A stretch of DNA of 64,000 bases from Oceanispirochaeta sp. (GTDB lineage Bacteria > Spirochaetota > Spirochaetia > DSM-2461). The notes below the pieces were generated by a model that saw nothing but the letters and a program-made list of their open reading frames with translations, had not been told where the DNA came from and made no database searches. Position 1 is the stretch's first letter. Every line of letters begins with the position of its first letter. A program made the position numbers and the translations under genes. Shown piece by piece: positions 36,513-47,732 of the stretch. Where the stretch lies: the NCBI GenBank assembly GCA_963666275.2, contig CAXXOA010000001.1:1760001-1824000 (forward strand), written 5' to 3'.

Positions 36513-37190
36513 TTGAAACTGATTCAGAATATGTGTAACGGTTTTATAAAATTTCTCCTTGTTACTAGCTGTAAAATCGACAGAAGCGAATTGAAAAAAA
36601 TCCCCCAGAAGGGGCCCTATATCCTTGTGGCCAATCATATAAATTTCCTCGAAGCCCCGCTGCTTTATATCTTTATGAGGCCCAGAAGGACAATTGCCCT
36701 GGCGAAATCGGAACTCTGGAACAGCCGTATGGGGGCCTTTCTGATGAATCTCTGGGAGGTTGTTCCCATTCAAAGGGGACAGACCGACTTCAAAGGGATG
36801 AAAATGGCCATGGATGTACTGAAGTCCGGTGATTTTCTCTGTCTGGCACCGGAAGGCACCAGAAGCAAAAACGGAAAACTTCTGAAAGGAAAGGGTGGGG
36901 TTCTGCTTTTTGCCCAGAAAAGCGGTGTTCCCATTATCCCTGTGGCCCATTACGGGGGAGAATCCTTTTTTACAAATCTGAAAAAGCTGAAACGGACCCC
37001 GGTGAAACTGAAAGTCGGAGAACCTGTTCAGATCATTCCGGAAGCACTGAAGACCAAAGATCATAGGGAACGTCAGGAAATTACCGATGAAATCATGATT
37101 ACCCTGGCCAGACTGCTCCCCGAGGAGTATCACGGGTATTATACGGGGCAGACGGAAAAGACTCTGAAATACCTAAAGGCAGTCGATTAA
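36513..37190 (+). CDS. 1-acyl-sn-glycerol-3-phosphate acyltransferase family protein
   Basis: NHINFLE; APEGTRS. Confidence 0.88.
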   Translation: MKLIQNMCNGFIKFLLVTSCKIDRSELKKIPQKGPYILVANHINFLEAPLLYIFMRPRRTIALAKSELWNSRMGAFLMNLWEVVPIQRGQTDFKGMKMAMDVLKSGDFLCLAPEGTRSKNGKLLKGKGGVLLFAQKSGVPIIPVAHYGGESFFTNLKKLKRTPVKLKVGEPVQIIPEALKTKDHRERQEITDEIMITLARLLPEEYHGYYTGQTEKTLKYLKAVD

Positions 37191-37263
37191 AGATCAGATA
37201 AGGGACAGGAAAATTTTCCTTTTTTATATATTATTGTTATAGTAATATATAGGAGGTCCTGAA

Positions 37264-38241
37264 ATGACAGACAGTAAAAAAACGGACACCGCTATTTTTG
37301 CAGGCGGCTGCTTCTGGTGTATGGTAGGCCCTTTTAAACAGGAAGAGGGGGTTGAAAGTGTTTCTTCCGGCTACATCGGCGGAGAACTTCCCCATCCTAC
37401 ATATGAAGAGGTCTGCTCTGGCAGTACAGGCCATTATGAAGCTGTTAAAATCCAGTATAACCCAGAAAAAATCTCCTACAGCCGGCTTCTGGATATCTTC
37501 TGGAGACAGATCGATCCCACAGATTCCCGGGGCCAGTTTGCCGACAAAGGGACTCAGTATAAGACGGCTGTTTTTTACATGGATCCGACACAAAAAGCCG
37601 AGGCATTGGCGTCAAAAGAAAAACTGGAACAGTCGGGTATCTTTTCAAAACCCATCGTTACGGAAATCCTGGAAGCCTCCACTTTTTATGATGCAGAAGA
37701 GTACCATCAGGATTATTATCTGAAATCTCCGGATCACTACAAAAGATACAGTCATTTTTCCGGTCGGGAAGGTTTTTTAAACCGAGTCTGGACCGGGACT
37801 ACCTGGAAGAAGCCTGCCCGGGAGACATTGAGAGAGAATCTGACGGAACTACAGTTTCAGGTAACCCAGAACAGCGCCACTGAGCCGCCATTCGAAAATC
37901 CCTATTTTGATAAAAAAGACGAAGGCCTCTATGTGGACATTGTCACAGGTGAGCCCCTTTTTTCTTCACTTGATAAATACGATTCCGGCTGCGGCTGGCC
38001 CAGTTTTACCAAACCCCTGGAGGGCACGGAGATTATCGAGAAAACGGACAGATCCCACTTTATGACCAGGGTGGAAGTCCGGAGCCTTTACGGAGACTCC
38101 CATCTGGGCCACGTTTTTAACGACGGTCCCGCCCCGGGAGGCTTACGCTACTGTATCAATTCCGCTTCCCTGAAGTTCATCCCCCGGGAAAAACTCTCCG
38201 AACAGGGGTACGGGGAGTATGAAAAACTCTTTACAGAGTAG
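37264..38241 (+). CDS. msrAB: Bifunctional methionine sulfoxide reductase MsrA/MsrB
   Basis: GGCFWC; GCGWPSF; RYCINS. Confidence 0.95.
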   Translation: MTDSKKTDTAIFAGGCFWCMVGPFKQEEGVESVSSGYIGGELPHPTYEEVCSGSTGHYEAVKIQYNPEKISYSRLLDIFWRQIDPTDSRGQFADKGTQYKTAVFYMDPTQKAEALASKEKLEQSGIFSKPIVTEILEASTFYDAEEYHQDYYLKSPDHYKRYSHFSGREGFLNRVWTGTTWKKPARETLRENLTELQFQVTQNSATEPPFENPYFDKKDEGLYVDIVTGEPLFSSLDKYDSGCGWPSFTKPLEGTEIIEKTDRSHFMTRVEVRSLYGDSHLGHVFNDGPAPGGLRYCINSASLKFIPREKLSEQGYGEYEKLFTE

Positions 38242-38328
38242 TATATTGCTCATATGGAGCAAGCTCTGTAGAATGCTCTCGCAGTTATGAATATTGCAAT
38301 ACGATTCTGTTAAGGTGTGTAAGGAAAT

Positions 38329-39084
38329 ATGTCGTCAAAAACTCTGACCCGAAAAGTGGATAAGGCCATTCTCAAGTTCGAACTGATAGAACCGGGAGAC
38401 AAAATCCTCATTGCGGTTTCAGGCGGAAAAGATTCTCTGTCTCTTGCCTATTTTCTGGGACACAAACGCAAATCTTTTCCCATACCCTTTGAAGTCGGGG
38501 CTGTTCATATCGATTCTGATTTTGACGGCTGCGGGAAAAATCCCGATATGGCAAAACTGATGGAGAGGTGGGAAATTCCCTTTGAAACCGTGGAAATCCC
38601 TATTATGGGCCGGCTCAAACCGGGAAAAACCATGAACTGCTACTGGTGTTCCACCCAGAGAAGGATGGAGCTGATCCGCTATGCGGGTGAACACGGGTAT
38701 AACAAGATAGCCCTGGGGCATCATATGGATGATATGCTTGAAACTTTCTTTATGAATATGATCTATAAATCAGAGCTTTCCACCATGCTGCCCAAACTGA
38801 AATACGACAGATACCCCTATACGGTCATCCGTCCTCTGGCCTATGTGAAAGAGAGCGAAATCATTGAGTTTGCCCAGGAGAAGGGACTGCTGGAAGCCGC
38901 GGGAACCTGCTCCTACGGGACGACTTCTCATAGACTGGATGTCCGTCATATAATAGATGAAATGGCAGCACGGGAAGGGAATCATGTGAAAGACAATATT
39001 TTTGAATCCCTGAACAACCCGAATCACCGGTACATGCCCTATACGCTGCTGGAAGAAATCCGGAATAACAAGAAAGACATTTAA
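38329..39084 (+). CDS. ttcA: tRNA 2-thiocytidine biosynthesis protein
   Basis: SGGKDS PP-loop; CYWC; GHHMDD; IRPL. Confidence 0.85.
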   Translation: MSSKTLTRKVDKAILKFELIEPGDKILIAVSGGKDSLSLAYFLGHKRKSFPIPFEVGAVHIDSDFDGCGKNPDMAKLMERWEIPFETVEIPIMGRLKPGKTMNCYWCSTQRRMELIRYAGEHGYNKIALGHHMDDMLETFFMNMIYKSELSTMLPKLKYDRYPYTVIRPLAYVKESEIIEFAQEKGLLEAAGTCSYGTTSHRLDVRHIIDEMAAREGNHVKDNIFESLNNPNHRYMPYTLLEEIRNNKKDI

Positions 39085-39097
39085 ACAGGATATATAT

Positions 39098-40405
39098 TTG
39101 GAACCCATATTTGAGCGACTGGAAGAGAGGGATATTCTCTCTCTGAAATGTGAACGATCTCTACTCGTAGGTATTCAGGAAGAGAATGAAAGCCTGGAAG
39201 CCGCTGTAAGCCATCTGGAAGAACTGAAAAGTCTGGCTGATACCATGGGGATTCCCGCTGTGGAAACCATGATGGTCCGTCTGAGAAAAGCCCAGCCCCG
39301 TTACCTCGTCGGTACGGGCAAGGTGGAGGAAATAGTTCAGACCGCTCATGACTGTCAGGCAGATCTTGTCATTTTTGATTATGATCTCTCCCCCTCCCAG
39401 CAGAGAAATCTGGAACGGGAAATGAATATTACAGTGATTGACAGGGAAGAGGTGATCCTGGATATCTTTGCCGACAGAGCGTCCACAAGAGAGGCTGTTC
39501 TGCAGGTCGCTCTGGCCAGAATGCAGTACAGCCTTCCCCGGCTGACCCGGGCCTGGACCCATCTTTCCCGCCAGAGAGGAGGGGCCAAAGGAACCAGAGG
39601 GAAAGGGGAAACCCAGCTGGAAAGCGACCGCCGGATGGTTCTGAACAAGATCAACTCCCTGAAAAAGGAACTGGCCCATGTCAGGAAGAACAGGGAGATT
39701 CAGAGAAAAAAACGGCGCTCTCTCCCGGTACCGACACTCTCGATCGTGGGATACACCAATGCGGGAAAATCCTCCATTCTGAACATGATGACAGGTTCGG
39801 ATGTCCTGGCTGAAGATAAACTGTTTGCCACACTGGATCCCACGTCCCGGCGGGTCACCCTTCCGGGAGGCCGGGAAATTGTCATTACAGATACGGTCGG
39901 TTTTATCCGCAAACTGCCTCATGGACTGATAGAAGCCTTCAAGTCTACCCTGGAAGAGGCTGTTCTCTCTGATGCCATTGTCCATGTCATTGATGTGAGC
40001 AACCCCGAGTGGCCCCATCATAAACAGGTCACCGAAGAGGTTCTGTCCGAACTGGGAGCCGGTGATAAACCGGTTCTTATGGTTTACAACAAAATCGATA
40101 AACTGGAAGATCCTGAAAGCTTCCGTCTCTTCCTGGGTAATGAAAAGAACGAGGCTGTCCTTTTGTCGGCCAGAACCGGTTCTGGGAAGGAAGAACTTGA
40201 AAAAGGACTCAATACTGTGCTGGAGGCGGAACTGCCTGTCAAAACCTTGTTGATTCCTCCGGACAAGTGGGATATAGTGGCTTATATACGCAGGAACAGT
40301 GTTGTTCTGGATGAATCTTACTTGGATCAGGGTGTCAGACTTGAAGCTATCCTTTCTGCAAAAGATCAGAATCTTCTCAAAGAATACGAGTGGGAAGAGG
40401 AATAG
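39098..40405 (+). CDS. hflX: GTPase HflX
   Basis: GYTNAGKS; LFATLD; DTVGFI; NKID. Confidence 0.95.
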   Translation: MEPIFERLEERDILSLKCERSLLVGIQEENESLEAAVSHLEELKSLADTMGIPAVETMMVRLRKAQPRYLVGTGKVEEIVQTAHDCQADLVIFDYDLSPSQQRNLEREMNITVIDREEVILDIFADRASTREAVLQVALARMQYSLPRLTRAWTHLSRQRGGAKGTRGKGETQLESDRRMVLNKINSLKKELAHVRKNREIQRKKRRSLPVPTLSIVGYTNAGKSSILNMMTGSDVLAEDKLFATLDPTSRRVTLPGGREIVITDTVGFIRKLPHGLIEAFKSTLEEAVLSDAIVHVIDVSNPEWPHHKQVTEEVLSELGAGDKPVLMVYNKIDKLEDPESFRLFLGNEKNEAVLLSARTGSGKEELEKGLNTVLEAELPVKTLLIPPDKWDIVAYIRRNSVVLDESYLDQGVRLEAILSAKDQNLLKEYEWEEE

Positions 40406-40442
40406 GGTATTAAATAAGGAAAAACCAGCCGATAATAGGCTT

Positions 40443-41711
40443 ATGAAGCTTCCGAATTTTCGTTTTCTGGTTTTTCTCAAAAAGAAACGTTCTCTCCTTA
40501 TACCGCCACTGCTGCTTATACTCCTTTTATTTCAGTTCCTGACTCCCGAAAACAGCGAGCTCACTGCCGCGGGACCTGTCAAAGCTTCAGGCGCCGCGAT
40601 CTCTCAGGAGCTGGATAAGACTGATCCGGAACCGATACAGCTTGAAAAAATCCAGACCGAGCTGAAAAGCGGCAGTACCCTTCAGACCCTGCTTCTCAAT
40701 GCGGGAACCGATTACGAAGAAGCCTACAATATCATTCAGACTCTTTCCCCCCTGGTGGATCTCACCAGAATGAAAGCCGGACAGAAGGTTGAAATATACT
40801 TCAATGACAAGAGCGTCGACCGGGTGGTACTGCCTGTTTCCATAGACAAGGAAATCCGCCTTCAGAGAAAAGAGGGGGAGGATAAACTATTCACAGCCCG
40901 GTCGGTTTTAAAAGATCTGACTATCTATCCCATGAGGAAAGAGTTTGAAGTCAACTCCAGCCTCTATCAGGCGGCACTGGATGCGGGAATTCCTGACTCC
41001 ATCATTATGGATCTGATTCAGCTCTTTTCATTTGATGTGGATTTTCAGCGGGATATTCAGAAAGGGGACCATTTCACCGCAGTTTACGAACTGATCTACA
41101 ACGAAGCCGGTCAGGTTGTCGACACGGGAGAGATCCTGGAAGCCTCACTGACCAATAACGGAAAGGATTTTCAGATCTATCGTTTTACCTCCGTGGACGG
41201 CCGTTCCGACTATTTTGATGAAGACGGACACACTGTCCGGAAAACCCTTCTGAAAACCCCCATTAATGGCGCCTATATTACATCGAACTTCGGCATGCGG
41301 ACCAATCCTTTCTCGGGATACAACACCATGCATAAGGGTGTGGATTTCGGCGCTCCCAGAGGAACTGCCATCAAAGCCTCCGGTGATGGAACAATTACCT
41401 TTGCCGGGTGGAGCGATATCTACGGGAATTTTGTCATGATCCGCCATGTTAACCACTACGAAACAGTCTACGCCCATATGACGGCGTTTGCCCGGGGCAT
41501 ACGGAAAGGCGTCAGAGTGGATCAGGGACAGGTTATCGGTTACGTAGGGTCAACAGGGATGTCCACAGGGCCCCATCTTCACTATGAAGTGCGCTATTAC
41601 GGCAAACAGGTCAATCCGTCTACCATGAAATTCCCTCCCGGAAGAGTCCTGGAAGGAGAAGAACTCCGTCTGTATACAAATCTTCTTCACAGCAGGTTTG
41701 CGGCTTTTTAA
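40443..41711 (+). CDS. M23 (MepM-like) peptidoglycan endopeptidase
   Basis: HKGVD; STGPHLH; N-terminal TM. Confidence 0.9.
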   Translation: MKLPNFRFLVFLKKKRSLLIPPLLLILLLFQFLTPENSELTAAGPVKASGAAISQELDKTDPEPIQLEKIQTELKSGSTLQTLLLNAGTDYEEAYNIIQTLSPLVDLTRMKAGQKVEIYFNDKSVDRVVLPVSIDKEIRLQRKEGEDKLFTARSVLKDLTIYPMRKEFEVNSSLYQAALDAGIPDSIIMDLIQLFSFDVDFQRDIQKGDHFTAVYELIYNEAGQVVDTGEILEASLTNNGKDFQIYRFTSVDGRSDYFDEDGHTVRKTLLKTPINGAYITSNFGMRTNPFSGYNTMHKGVDFGAPRGTAIKASGDGTITFAGWSDIYGNFVMIRHVNHYETVYAHMTAFARGIRKGVRVDQGQVIGYVGSTGMSTGPHLHYEVRYYGKQVNPSTMKFPPGRVLEGEELRLYTNLLHSRFAAF

Positions 41712-41757
41712 ATTAACTTTAATTGTAAATCATCATTCTCAGGGATATAATAAAAGC

Positions 41758-42216
41758 ATGAAAACACTTTTGAAATATCTGTTTTTTTTCACAATCACTT
41801 TTGTCTTCTTTTCCTGTTCCTCCATGGACGGATCGTTTTTTGAAGAATCGGGAACAGCCCTTGCGGATCAGATCAATGAGGGTATGAAAGAAACTCTGGT
41901 AGAGGAGTCTCTCTATCCTTTTGCTTTTGAATCAGAAATCCTTGTTTCTGAGAATCAGGTACAGCTCCTGTGGTCGGGTTTGATTGACAGTGGATACAGG
42001 ATCCCTTCTCCCCGTACAGTCACGAACAGACCGGCTGTGCTGGAGGACTATCTCCTATTCAGCGAATCCTGGGAGATGCGGACTTTCTTTGAAAAGTATC
42101 TGAAAGAGGACGACAGGCTTGTGGAAGTGGAAGGAACAGGCAGTTCTCTCTATTTTCTCATCCGCAGAGATGAAAAAGAGTTCTCACTCCTCGGAATGAA
42201 GGAGGAGGCCAAATGA
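41758..42216 (+). CDS. Hypothetical lipoprotein
   Basis: Lipobox FFSC. Confidence 0.7.
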   Translation: MKTLLKYLFFFTITFVFFSCSSMDGSFFEESGTALADQINEGMKETLVEESLYPFAFESEILVSENQVQLLWSGLIDSGYRIPSPRTVTNRPAVLEDYLLFSESWEMRTFFEKYLKEDDRLVEVEGTGSSLYFLIRRDEKEFSLLGMKEEAK

Positions 42217-43220
42217 AGAAAATCCTTTTAATTACCTTCCTTGCTGGACTGAGTTTTGCTCTGAATGCCCTGGAAGGGGAGATTGTATACGTGGAAGGAT
42301 CGGTAGATATCAAGTACGCCACAGGCGATCTTGACTGGGCCGATATCGGTATGTACATAGAAACAGGTGACAGCATTGTCACAGGTGCTGACGGTTATGC
42401 CGAGCTGGAAATGGAAGACGGTTCTACAGTCAAAGTGAGCGAAGATTCCATCTTTGCCCTTTCCTCCTATGAATCCCGGGGAAATCAGAGAAACTCCTTT
42501 AACTGTGTCCTTGGATCTGTTCAGTATAAGTTCACCCAGGCTGTGAAGGCCAATGAACCGAGGATCACTACGCCCACAACAGTCTGCGGAATCCGGGGAA
42601 CTGAATTTACTGTGGTTTCAGGTCTGGACGGGTCGGCTCTCTATGTTGTGGATGACGGCAGTGTGGCTGTCTCCGCCCAGGGGGAAGAAGTTGTACTGGG
42701 AGCATTGGAAGGTGTGGAAGTTGCTCCGGGATCTACACCGGGTGAACCATTTCCCGTTCTCAGAGGGCAGATCGATTACAGTCAGGTCCGTTCCGATGCG
42801 GAACAGAGATTCCTTGAAAATCCCGCAGCCAGTATGAGAATCATGATCGGTCAGCTGGAAAACAATATAAAAGAACTTCAATTTTATGAAGAAGAATATA
42901 AGAAGAGCTTATTGAAGCAGACTGAGTTACGCGAGAAGCTTACATCAATGGAAGATGAAGCTAAAAAGACATTTTATGAAGAAATTATATTCCCAGAAGA
43001 AATTAAGACATCTAATATGAAATTAAATGTTCGATATTACGCATTATCTTCACTATCACTAAGAAGGTTTCTCGTAGGGAATATGTATATAAGTATTCGT
43101 ACTCAATATATTTCAAATGAAGAAAATAAAGTTTATCAGGATTTTCTAAAAGAATATCAGAAATTCCTAACCATGTATGAAAAAGGGATTATAGAATTCC
43201 TTGTGAAAGCTGATATATAA
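42213..43220 (+). CDS. Secreted FecR-domain protein with a helical C-terminus
   Basis: Signal peptide; GDSIVTG..DGS; TPTTVCGIRGTEF. Confidence 0.82.
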   Translation: MKKILLITFLAGLSFALNALEGEIVYVEGSVDIKYATGDLDWADIGMYIETGDSIVTGADGYAELEMEDGSTVKVSEDSIFALSSYESRGNQRNSFNCVLGSVQYKFTQAVKANEPRITTPTTVCGIRGTEFTVVSGLDGSALYVVDDGSVAVSAQGEEVVLGALEGVEVAPGSTPGEPFPVLRGQIDYSQVRSDAEQRFLENPAASMRIMIGQLENNIKELQFYEEEYKKSLLKQTELREKLTSMEDEAKKTFYEEIIFPEEIKTSNMKLNVRYYALSSLSLRRFLVGNMYISIRTQYISNEENKVYQDFLKEYQKFLTMYEKGIIEFLVKADI

Positions 43221-43231
43221 GGAGTTTAAAT

Positions 43232-43684
43232 ATGATAAATAAAAAAATTGTTTTCCTAATTGTTACTGTTTTCTTTGTAATTATTCTCAGTGGATGTGAT
43301 TTTTTACAGGAAGAAGATGAAACAGTAAGTATTTCAAAACGTATAGAACTATTTCAATCGGATCTGAATAATAGTAATTACAGTGGTCTAGATGATAATT
43401 TTCATCCAGATATGATTAGTTTTGATAATTACCAGGATTCTACTGTTATATCTTCGGGGCCCTTACAGATTTCCAATGCTCCTTTTACTTTTGGTTCTCC
43501 ATCGGTTTCTGATACAAACACCAGTGGAGAAAAAAGGGCTGAAGGTTCATTCGAGAACGATCTTGGTGCAACTGGAACCTATGATGCCATCATGAAAGAA
43601 GATGGTGATGAAAACTGGAAAATATTGGAGATTACAATAACGATAGGTTCCAGTGATTATACTCTTAGAACTATTGCTAATTAG
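43232..43684 (+). CDS. Hypothetical lipoprotein (possible NTF2-like fold)
   Basis: Lipobox LSGC; ends KEDGDENWKI. Confidence 0.7.
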   Translation: MINKKIVFLIVTVFFVIILSGCDFLQEEDETVSISKRIELFQSDLNNSNYSGLDDNFHPDMISFDNYQDSTVISSGPLQISNAPFTFGSPSVSDTNTSGEKRAEGSFENDLGATGTYDAIMKEDGDENWKILEITITIGSSDYTLRTIAN

Positions 43685-43779
43685 CTAGGAATTTTTTTGA
43701 AGTAAAATCGATGAAATGAAGGGAATGTGAATTATATAAATAATCATTCCTTTACCAAGAGTAATTGATTGCTAATGAG

Positions 43780-43815
43780 GAGAGGTATTCAAATTTGGAA
43801 TGCCTCTCTTTTTTT
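43780..43815 (+). terminator. Intrinsic terminator
   Basis: GAGAGGTATTC/GAATGCCTCTC stem plus T-run. Confidence 0.75.
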
Positions 43816-43936
43816 GCATTTTCCGCTATCCATTCCACACAATCCCCATAAATCCTGACAGGGATTCTCTTATATATACTGGAATTTTCCCCCTATACAT
43901 GATAATCTTTCCTGACTGAAATGTAAGGAATACAAT

Positions 43937-44569
43937 GTGGATATAGAAATTTTACCAGCTGGACCGATACAGACTAACTCATATCTGATTATAAATAAAA
44001 ATGAAAAAAAGGCCTTTGCCATAGATGCAGGCCCTGATTCCTATGACCTGATCCTGGGGGAAGCGGATAAAAACAATGTGTCTCTGGAAGGGGTTCTCAT
44101 AACCCATCCTCACTGGGATCATATTCTGGATCTTTATAAGTTCAATGAGAAAGGGATCCCTGTCTATGCAGGGGAAGATGCTGTTGAAATGATCGAAAAT
44201 GTAGCATTGCAGGAATCCATGTCCTTTCCCGGAATGGAGTTCCATGCGGCAAAGGTCGATACGATTCTGAAACACGGGGATACTCTCTCTCTGGCGGGAT
44301 ATGAGCTTGAAATCAGAAATGCCCCGGGCCATTGTCCCGGCAGTATTCTTGTCTTCTCCTCCAGCGCCGGATGCTGTTTTACAGGAGATGTTATTTTTGA
44401 CGGTTCTGTAGGGCGGACAGACTTTGCCGGAGGGGATATGTCCACGCTTATGACAAGTATACGCGAGCAGGTTTACACACTTCCTGATGAAACCATCCTC
44501 TATCCCGGGCATGGTTCGTCTACCCTGGTAGGGAAGGAAAAAATAAGTAATCCTTTTATAACAGCGTAA
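43937..44569 (+). CDS. MBL-fold hydrolase (glyoxalase II-like)
   Basis: THPHWDH; PGHCPG; TGD; PGHG. Confidence 0.9.
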   Translation: MDIEILPAGPIQTNSYLIINKNEKKAFAIDAGPDSYDLILGEADKNNVSLEGVLITHPHWDHILDLYKFNEKGIPVYAGEDAVEMIENVALQESMSFPGMEFHAAKVDTILKHGDTLSLAGYELEIRNAPGHCPGSILVFSSSAGCCFTGDVIFDGSVGRTDFAGGDMSTLMTSIREQVYTLPDETILYPGHGSSTLVGKEKISNPFITA

Positions 44570-44696
44570 ATTGCGGGCTATAGAGGGATTTATAATCTTA
44601 TTTTCTCTCTATAGATAAAAAATGCTCTGCAAAATACAGATTTAATACACCATTTTCTGTTTCTACATAGGGAAAATGGGACTTTAGGAGGGGTGC

Positions 44697-45614
44697 ATGC
44701 CTGTAAAGATACCAGATGCCCTGCCGGCAAATGAGATACTGACCAACGAAAACATATTTATAATGACAGAAACCAGAGCGGCCCATCAGGATATCCGTCC
44801 TCTGAAAATTCTGATACTGAATCTTATGCCTCTGAAGATCAACACTGAGGTTCATCTTTTGAGGCTCCTGGCCAACAGTCCGCTTCAGGTGGAGGTAGAC
44901 CTGATCCATCCTTCCACCCATACATCAAAAAACACTCCCCAGGAGCACATGCAGGTTTTTTATAAAACCTTCAGTGAGGTGAGCCATAAAAAATACGACG
45001 GTATGATCATCACCGGTGCGCCTGTGGAAACCATGGAATTTGAAGAGGTTAACTACTGGGGCGAAATCAGTGAGATTCTGGAGTGGTCCAAGTGCAATGT
45101 CACCTCTACTCTGCATATCTGCTGGGCTGCCCAGGCGGGGCTCTATTATCACTACGGTGTAAAAAAACATCCCATTGATGAAAAGATGTCCGGCGTTTTC
45201 TCCCACAAAGTCAATAATAGCAAAGTAGCTCTTGTTAGGGGATTTGATGATAACTTTCTGGCTCCCCATTCCAGGCATACCGAAGTCAGAAGGGAAGAGA
45301 TCGAACATATCAGGGATCTTGAAATTATTTCCGAATCGGAAGAAGCGGGAATCTATATTGTTATGGATAAGACAGGGAAACAGATTTTTGTGACCGGACA
45401 TTCCGAGTACGATCCGCTGACCCTGAAAGAGGAATATGAAAGGGATCTTGCCAAAGGGATGGATCCGGTGGTACCCAAAAACTACTTTCCCCATGATGAT
45501 CCCTCAAGAGAACCCAATGTCAGCTGGAGGAGCCATGCAAACCTCCTCTTTTCCAACTGGCTGAACTACTATGTCTATCAGGTGACACCCTACGATATCG
45601 ACTCAATTCAGTAG
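44697..45614 (+). CDS. metA: Homoserine O-succinyl/acetyltransferase
   Basis: [25 protein letters not shown]. Confidence 0.95.
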   Translation: MPVKIPDALPANEILTNENIFIMTETRAAHQDIRPLKILILNLMPLKINTEVHLLRLLANSPLQVEVDLIHPSTHTSKNTPQEHMQVFYKTFSEVSHKKYDGMIITGAPVETMEFEEVNYWGEISEILEWSKCNVTSTLHICWAAQAGLYYHYGVKKHPIDEKMSGVFSHKVNNSKVALVRGFDDNFLAPHSRHTEVRREEIEHIRDLEIISESEEAGIYIVMDKTGKQIFVTGHSEYDPLTLKEEYERDLAKGMDPVVPKNYFPHDDPSREPNVSWRSHANLLFSNWLNYYVYQVTPYDIDSIQ

Positions 45615-45640
45615 AATCCGTTTTTTGAATATTGTTAATG

Positions 45641-45691
45641 AAAAGGCCCTTTGTTTTATCGGATAATTTAGATGAAACAAAGGGCCTTTTT
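45641..45691. terminator. Bidirectional terminator between convergent genes
   Basis: AAAAGGCCCTTTGTTT...AAACAAAGGGCCTTTTT. Confidence 0.85.
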
Positions 45692-45719
45692 GTCTGGTAT
45701 TGATAAAGGAAAGAAAAAT

Positions 45720-47714
45720 CTATTTCCAGGGGAGACGGGCAAAATACTGCTGTGCTTCGTTTTCGTCTTCCACCTCTTTTTCCGCTTCCATGGCTTCCAG
45801 AAGTTCTGAAGGGATTTCATCCAGAAAGGGGGAAGGGGAGGAGTCTATCATCTCCCGCATCTGCCGTCTTTTCATGCATGACGTGATATAGAGCTTTTTC
45901 CTGGCCCTTGTGATGGCCACATAAAAGAGGCGTCTCTCTTCTTCCAGGTTAGCCGGGTCTTCACTGATGGAGCGTTCGTGGGGGATGATGTCCTTTTCCA
46001 CTCCCGCCAGAAACACCACGTCAAACTCAAGCCCCTTGGAGGCATGGATTGTCATGAGGTTGACCTTTCCGGCATCATTCTCTTCCGTATCGTCCCGGGT
46101 GATCAGGGTGATCCTGTTGAGCCATTTCTGCAGGGTCGGCTCCAGGTTGTCGGGGTTTTTCTCCCACCGGGCCATAAAATCCAGAAACATGGTGATATTG
46201 TCATTTTTCCACTTGGCCACTTTATCATTATTGGAGTGTTCCTGAAGGAGATACTCCCAGTAGTTGATCTCCTCTACCAGTTCAATGGCTGTGGCTGCCA
46301 GGGCACTGGATTCGGCAAAGCGGTCCCTGAAGTCTTCGATAAGGTCTACAAACTCGGCAATGCCGTTACGGAGTTTGGAGGTCAGCCTTTCATCCCCGGA
46401 AAAAAGCAGTCCCGTCATGGCGGAATAGAGGGATTCCCCCCGTTTCTGGGATATCTCTATCAGCGTTTCCAGAGCTTTTTTCCCGATACCCCGTCTGGGT
46501 GTGTTGATAATCCTCAAAAGATTCACATCGTCGTCAGGGTTATTGATTACCCTGAAGTAGCCGATGATATCACGGATTTCAGCACGCTGGAAAAAGCTGG
46601 TTCCTCCCGACATGGTGTAGGGGATATTGTTGCTCAAAAGAGCATCTTCAATAGCCTTGGAGAGGCTGTTGGTCCGGATAAGTATACCGAACTGATCGTA
46701 CTTCATATGTTCTGTCATCCGAAGGGACGCAATGGTGGAGGCTATGAAATCCCCTTCATCCCTGTCGTCTTCGGGAAGACAGTGTTTGATCGTCATTTCA
46801 TGGTGGGACATTTCGGTCCACAGCTCTTTCAGTTTTCTGTTGGTGTTGTTGGCAATAACCGCATTGGCCGCCTTCAGTATTGTTCCGGTAGACCGGTAGT
46901 TCCGTTCCAGTTTTATCTCTTTCAGTTCGGGATAGTCCTTTTCAAACTGGAGAATATTTCCGTAGTTGGCTCCCCGCCAGGAGTAGATCGACTGATCGTC
47001 GTCTCCCACGCAGCAGAGATTTCTGTTGGTCTGGGCCAGCAGATGGAGCATTTTGTACTGTATACTGGATGTATCCTGAAACTCGTCCACCATGATGTAC
47101 TGATAGCGGTTCTGATACTGTTCCCGGATCTCCAGATTTTCTTCCAGCAGCCGGATGGGCAGAACGATAAGATCGTCAAAATCCACGGCATTGTAGATTT
47201 TCATATGCTCTTCGTACTCTCTGTAGAGCGGGATATGCTGGTCGATTGTATTGTCCCACTGCTGCCTTTCGGTTTTGAGCGCCCCGAACAGGTTGGCAAG
47301 CTCCATCAGCTCAGGGTTTTCATATTTGAGTTTCAGCTCCCTGGCCGCTTCTTTCAGACAGGAAATTTTATCGCCCGTATCGTAAATGGAGAAATTCGGC
47401 CTGTATCCCATTTCCGCGTAGTGTTCCCTGAGGACTTTGACTCCGAAAGCGTGAAAGGTGGAGACAGTCAGATTGGTGAGTTTCTTTCCCGTCAGGGATT
47501 TTACCCTTTCTTCCATCTCCCTGGCCGCCTTATTGGTAAAAGTCATGGCCAGAATATGGGACTGGGGAATCCCGTGGTTCAGCATATTGGCTATACGGCT
47601 TGTAATTACACCGGTTTTACCGCTTCCCGCTCCTGCGATAATCAAAAGAGGTCCGTTAATGGTATCGACTGCGAGTTTCTGTTCCGGATTCAGTCGGAGT
47701 TTACTTAAATCCAC
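45720..47714 (-). CDS. UvrD/Rep/PcrA family DNA helicase
   Basis: AGAGSGKT; VDEFQD; TIHASKGLEF; YVAITRA. Confidence 0.95.
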   Translation of the reverse strand: MDLSKLRLNPEQKLAVDTINGPLLIIAGAGSGKTGVITSRIANMLNHGIPQSHILAMTFTNKAAREMEERVKSLTGKKLTNLTVSTFHAFGVKVLREHYAEMGYRPNFSIYDTGDKISCLKEAARELKLKYENPELMELANLFGALKTERQQWDNTIDQHIPLYREYEEHMKIYNAVDFDDLIVLPIRLLEENLEIREQYQNRYQYIMVDEFQDTSSIQYKMLHLLAQTNRNLCCVGDDDQSIYSWRGANYGNILQFEKDYPELKEIKLERNYRSTGTILKAANAVIANNTNRKLKELWTEMSHHEMTIKHCLPEDDRDEGDFIASTIASLRMTEHMKYDQFGILIRTNSLSKAIEDALLSNNIPYTMSGGTSFFQRAEIRDIIGYFRVINNPDDDVNLLRIINTPRRGIGKKALETLIEISQKRGESLYSAMTGLLFSGDERLTSKLRNGIAEFVDLIEDFRDRFAESSALAATAIELVEEINYWEYLLQEHSNNDKVAKWKNDNITMFLDFMARWEKNPDNLEPTLQKWLNRITLITRDDTEENDAGKVNLMTIHASKGLEFDVVFLAGVEKDIIPHERSISEDPANLEEERRLFYVAITRARKKLYITSCMKRRQMREMIDSSPSPFLDEIPSELLEAMEAEKEVEDENEAQQYFARLPWK

Positions 47715-47732
47715 AATTCCTGCCTTTCCTGT

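Noticed and set aside
44570..44696. SAM riboswitch or T-box upstream of metA
   Set aside because: Short AT-rich gap with no recognisable consensus
39161..47708. Long antisense ORFs 39161-40480 and 45978-47708
   Set aside because: Shadows of hflX and the UvrD-family helicase
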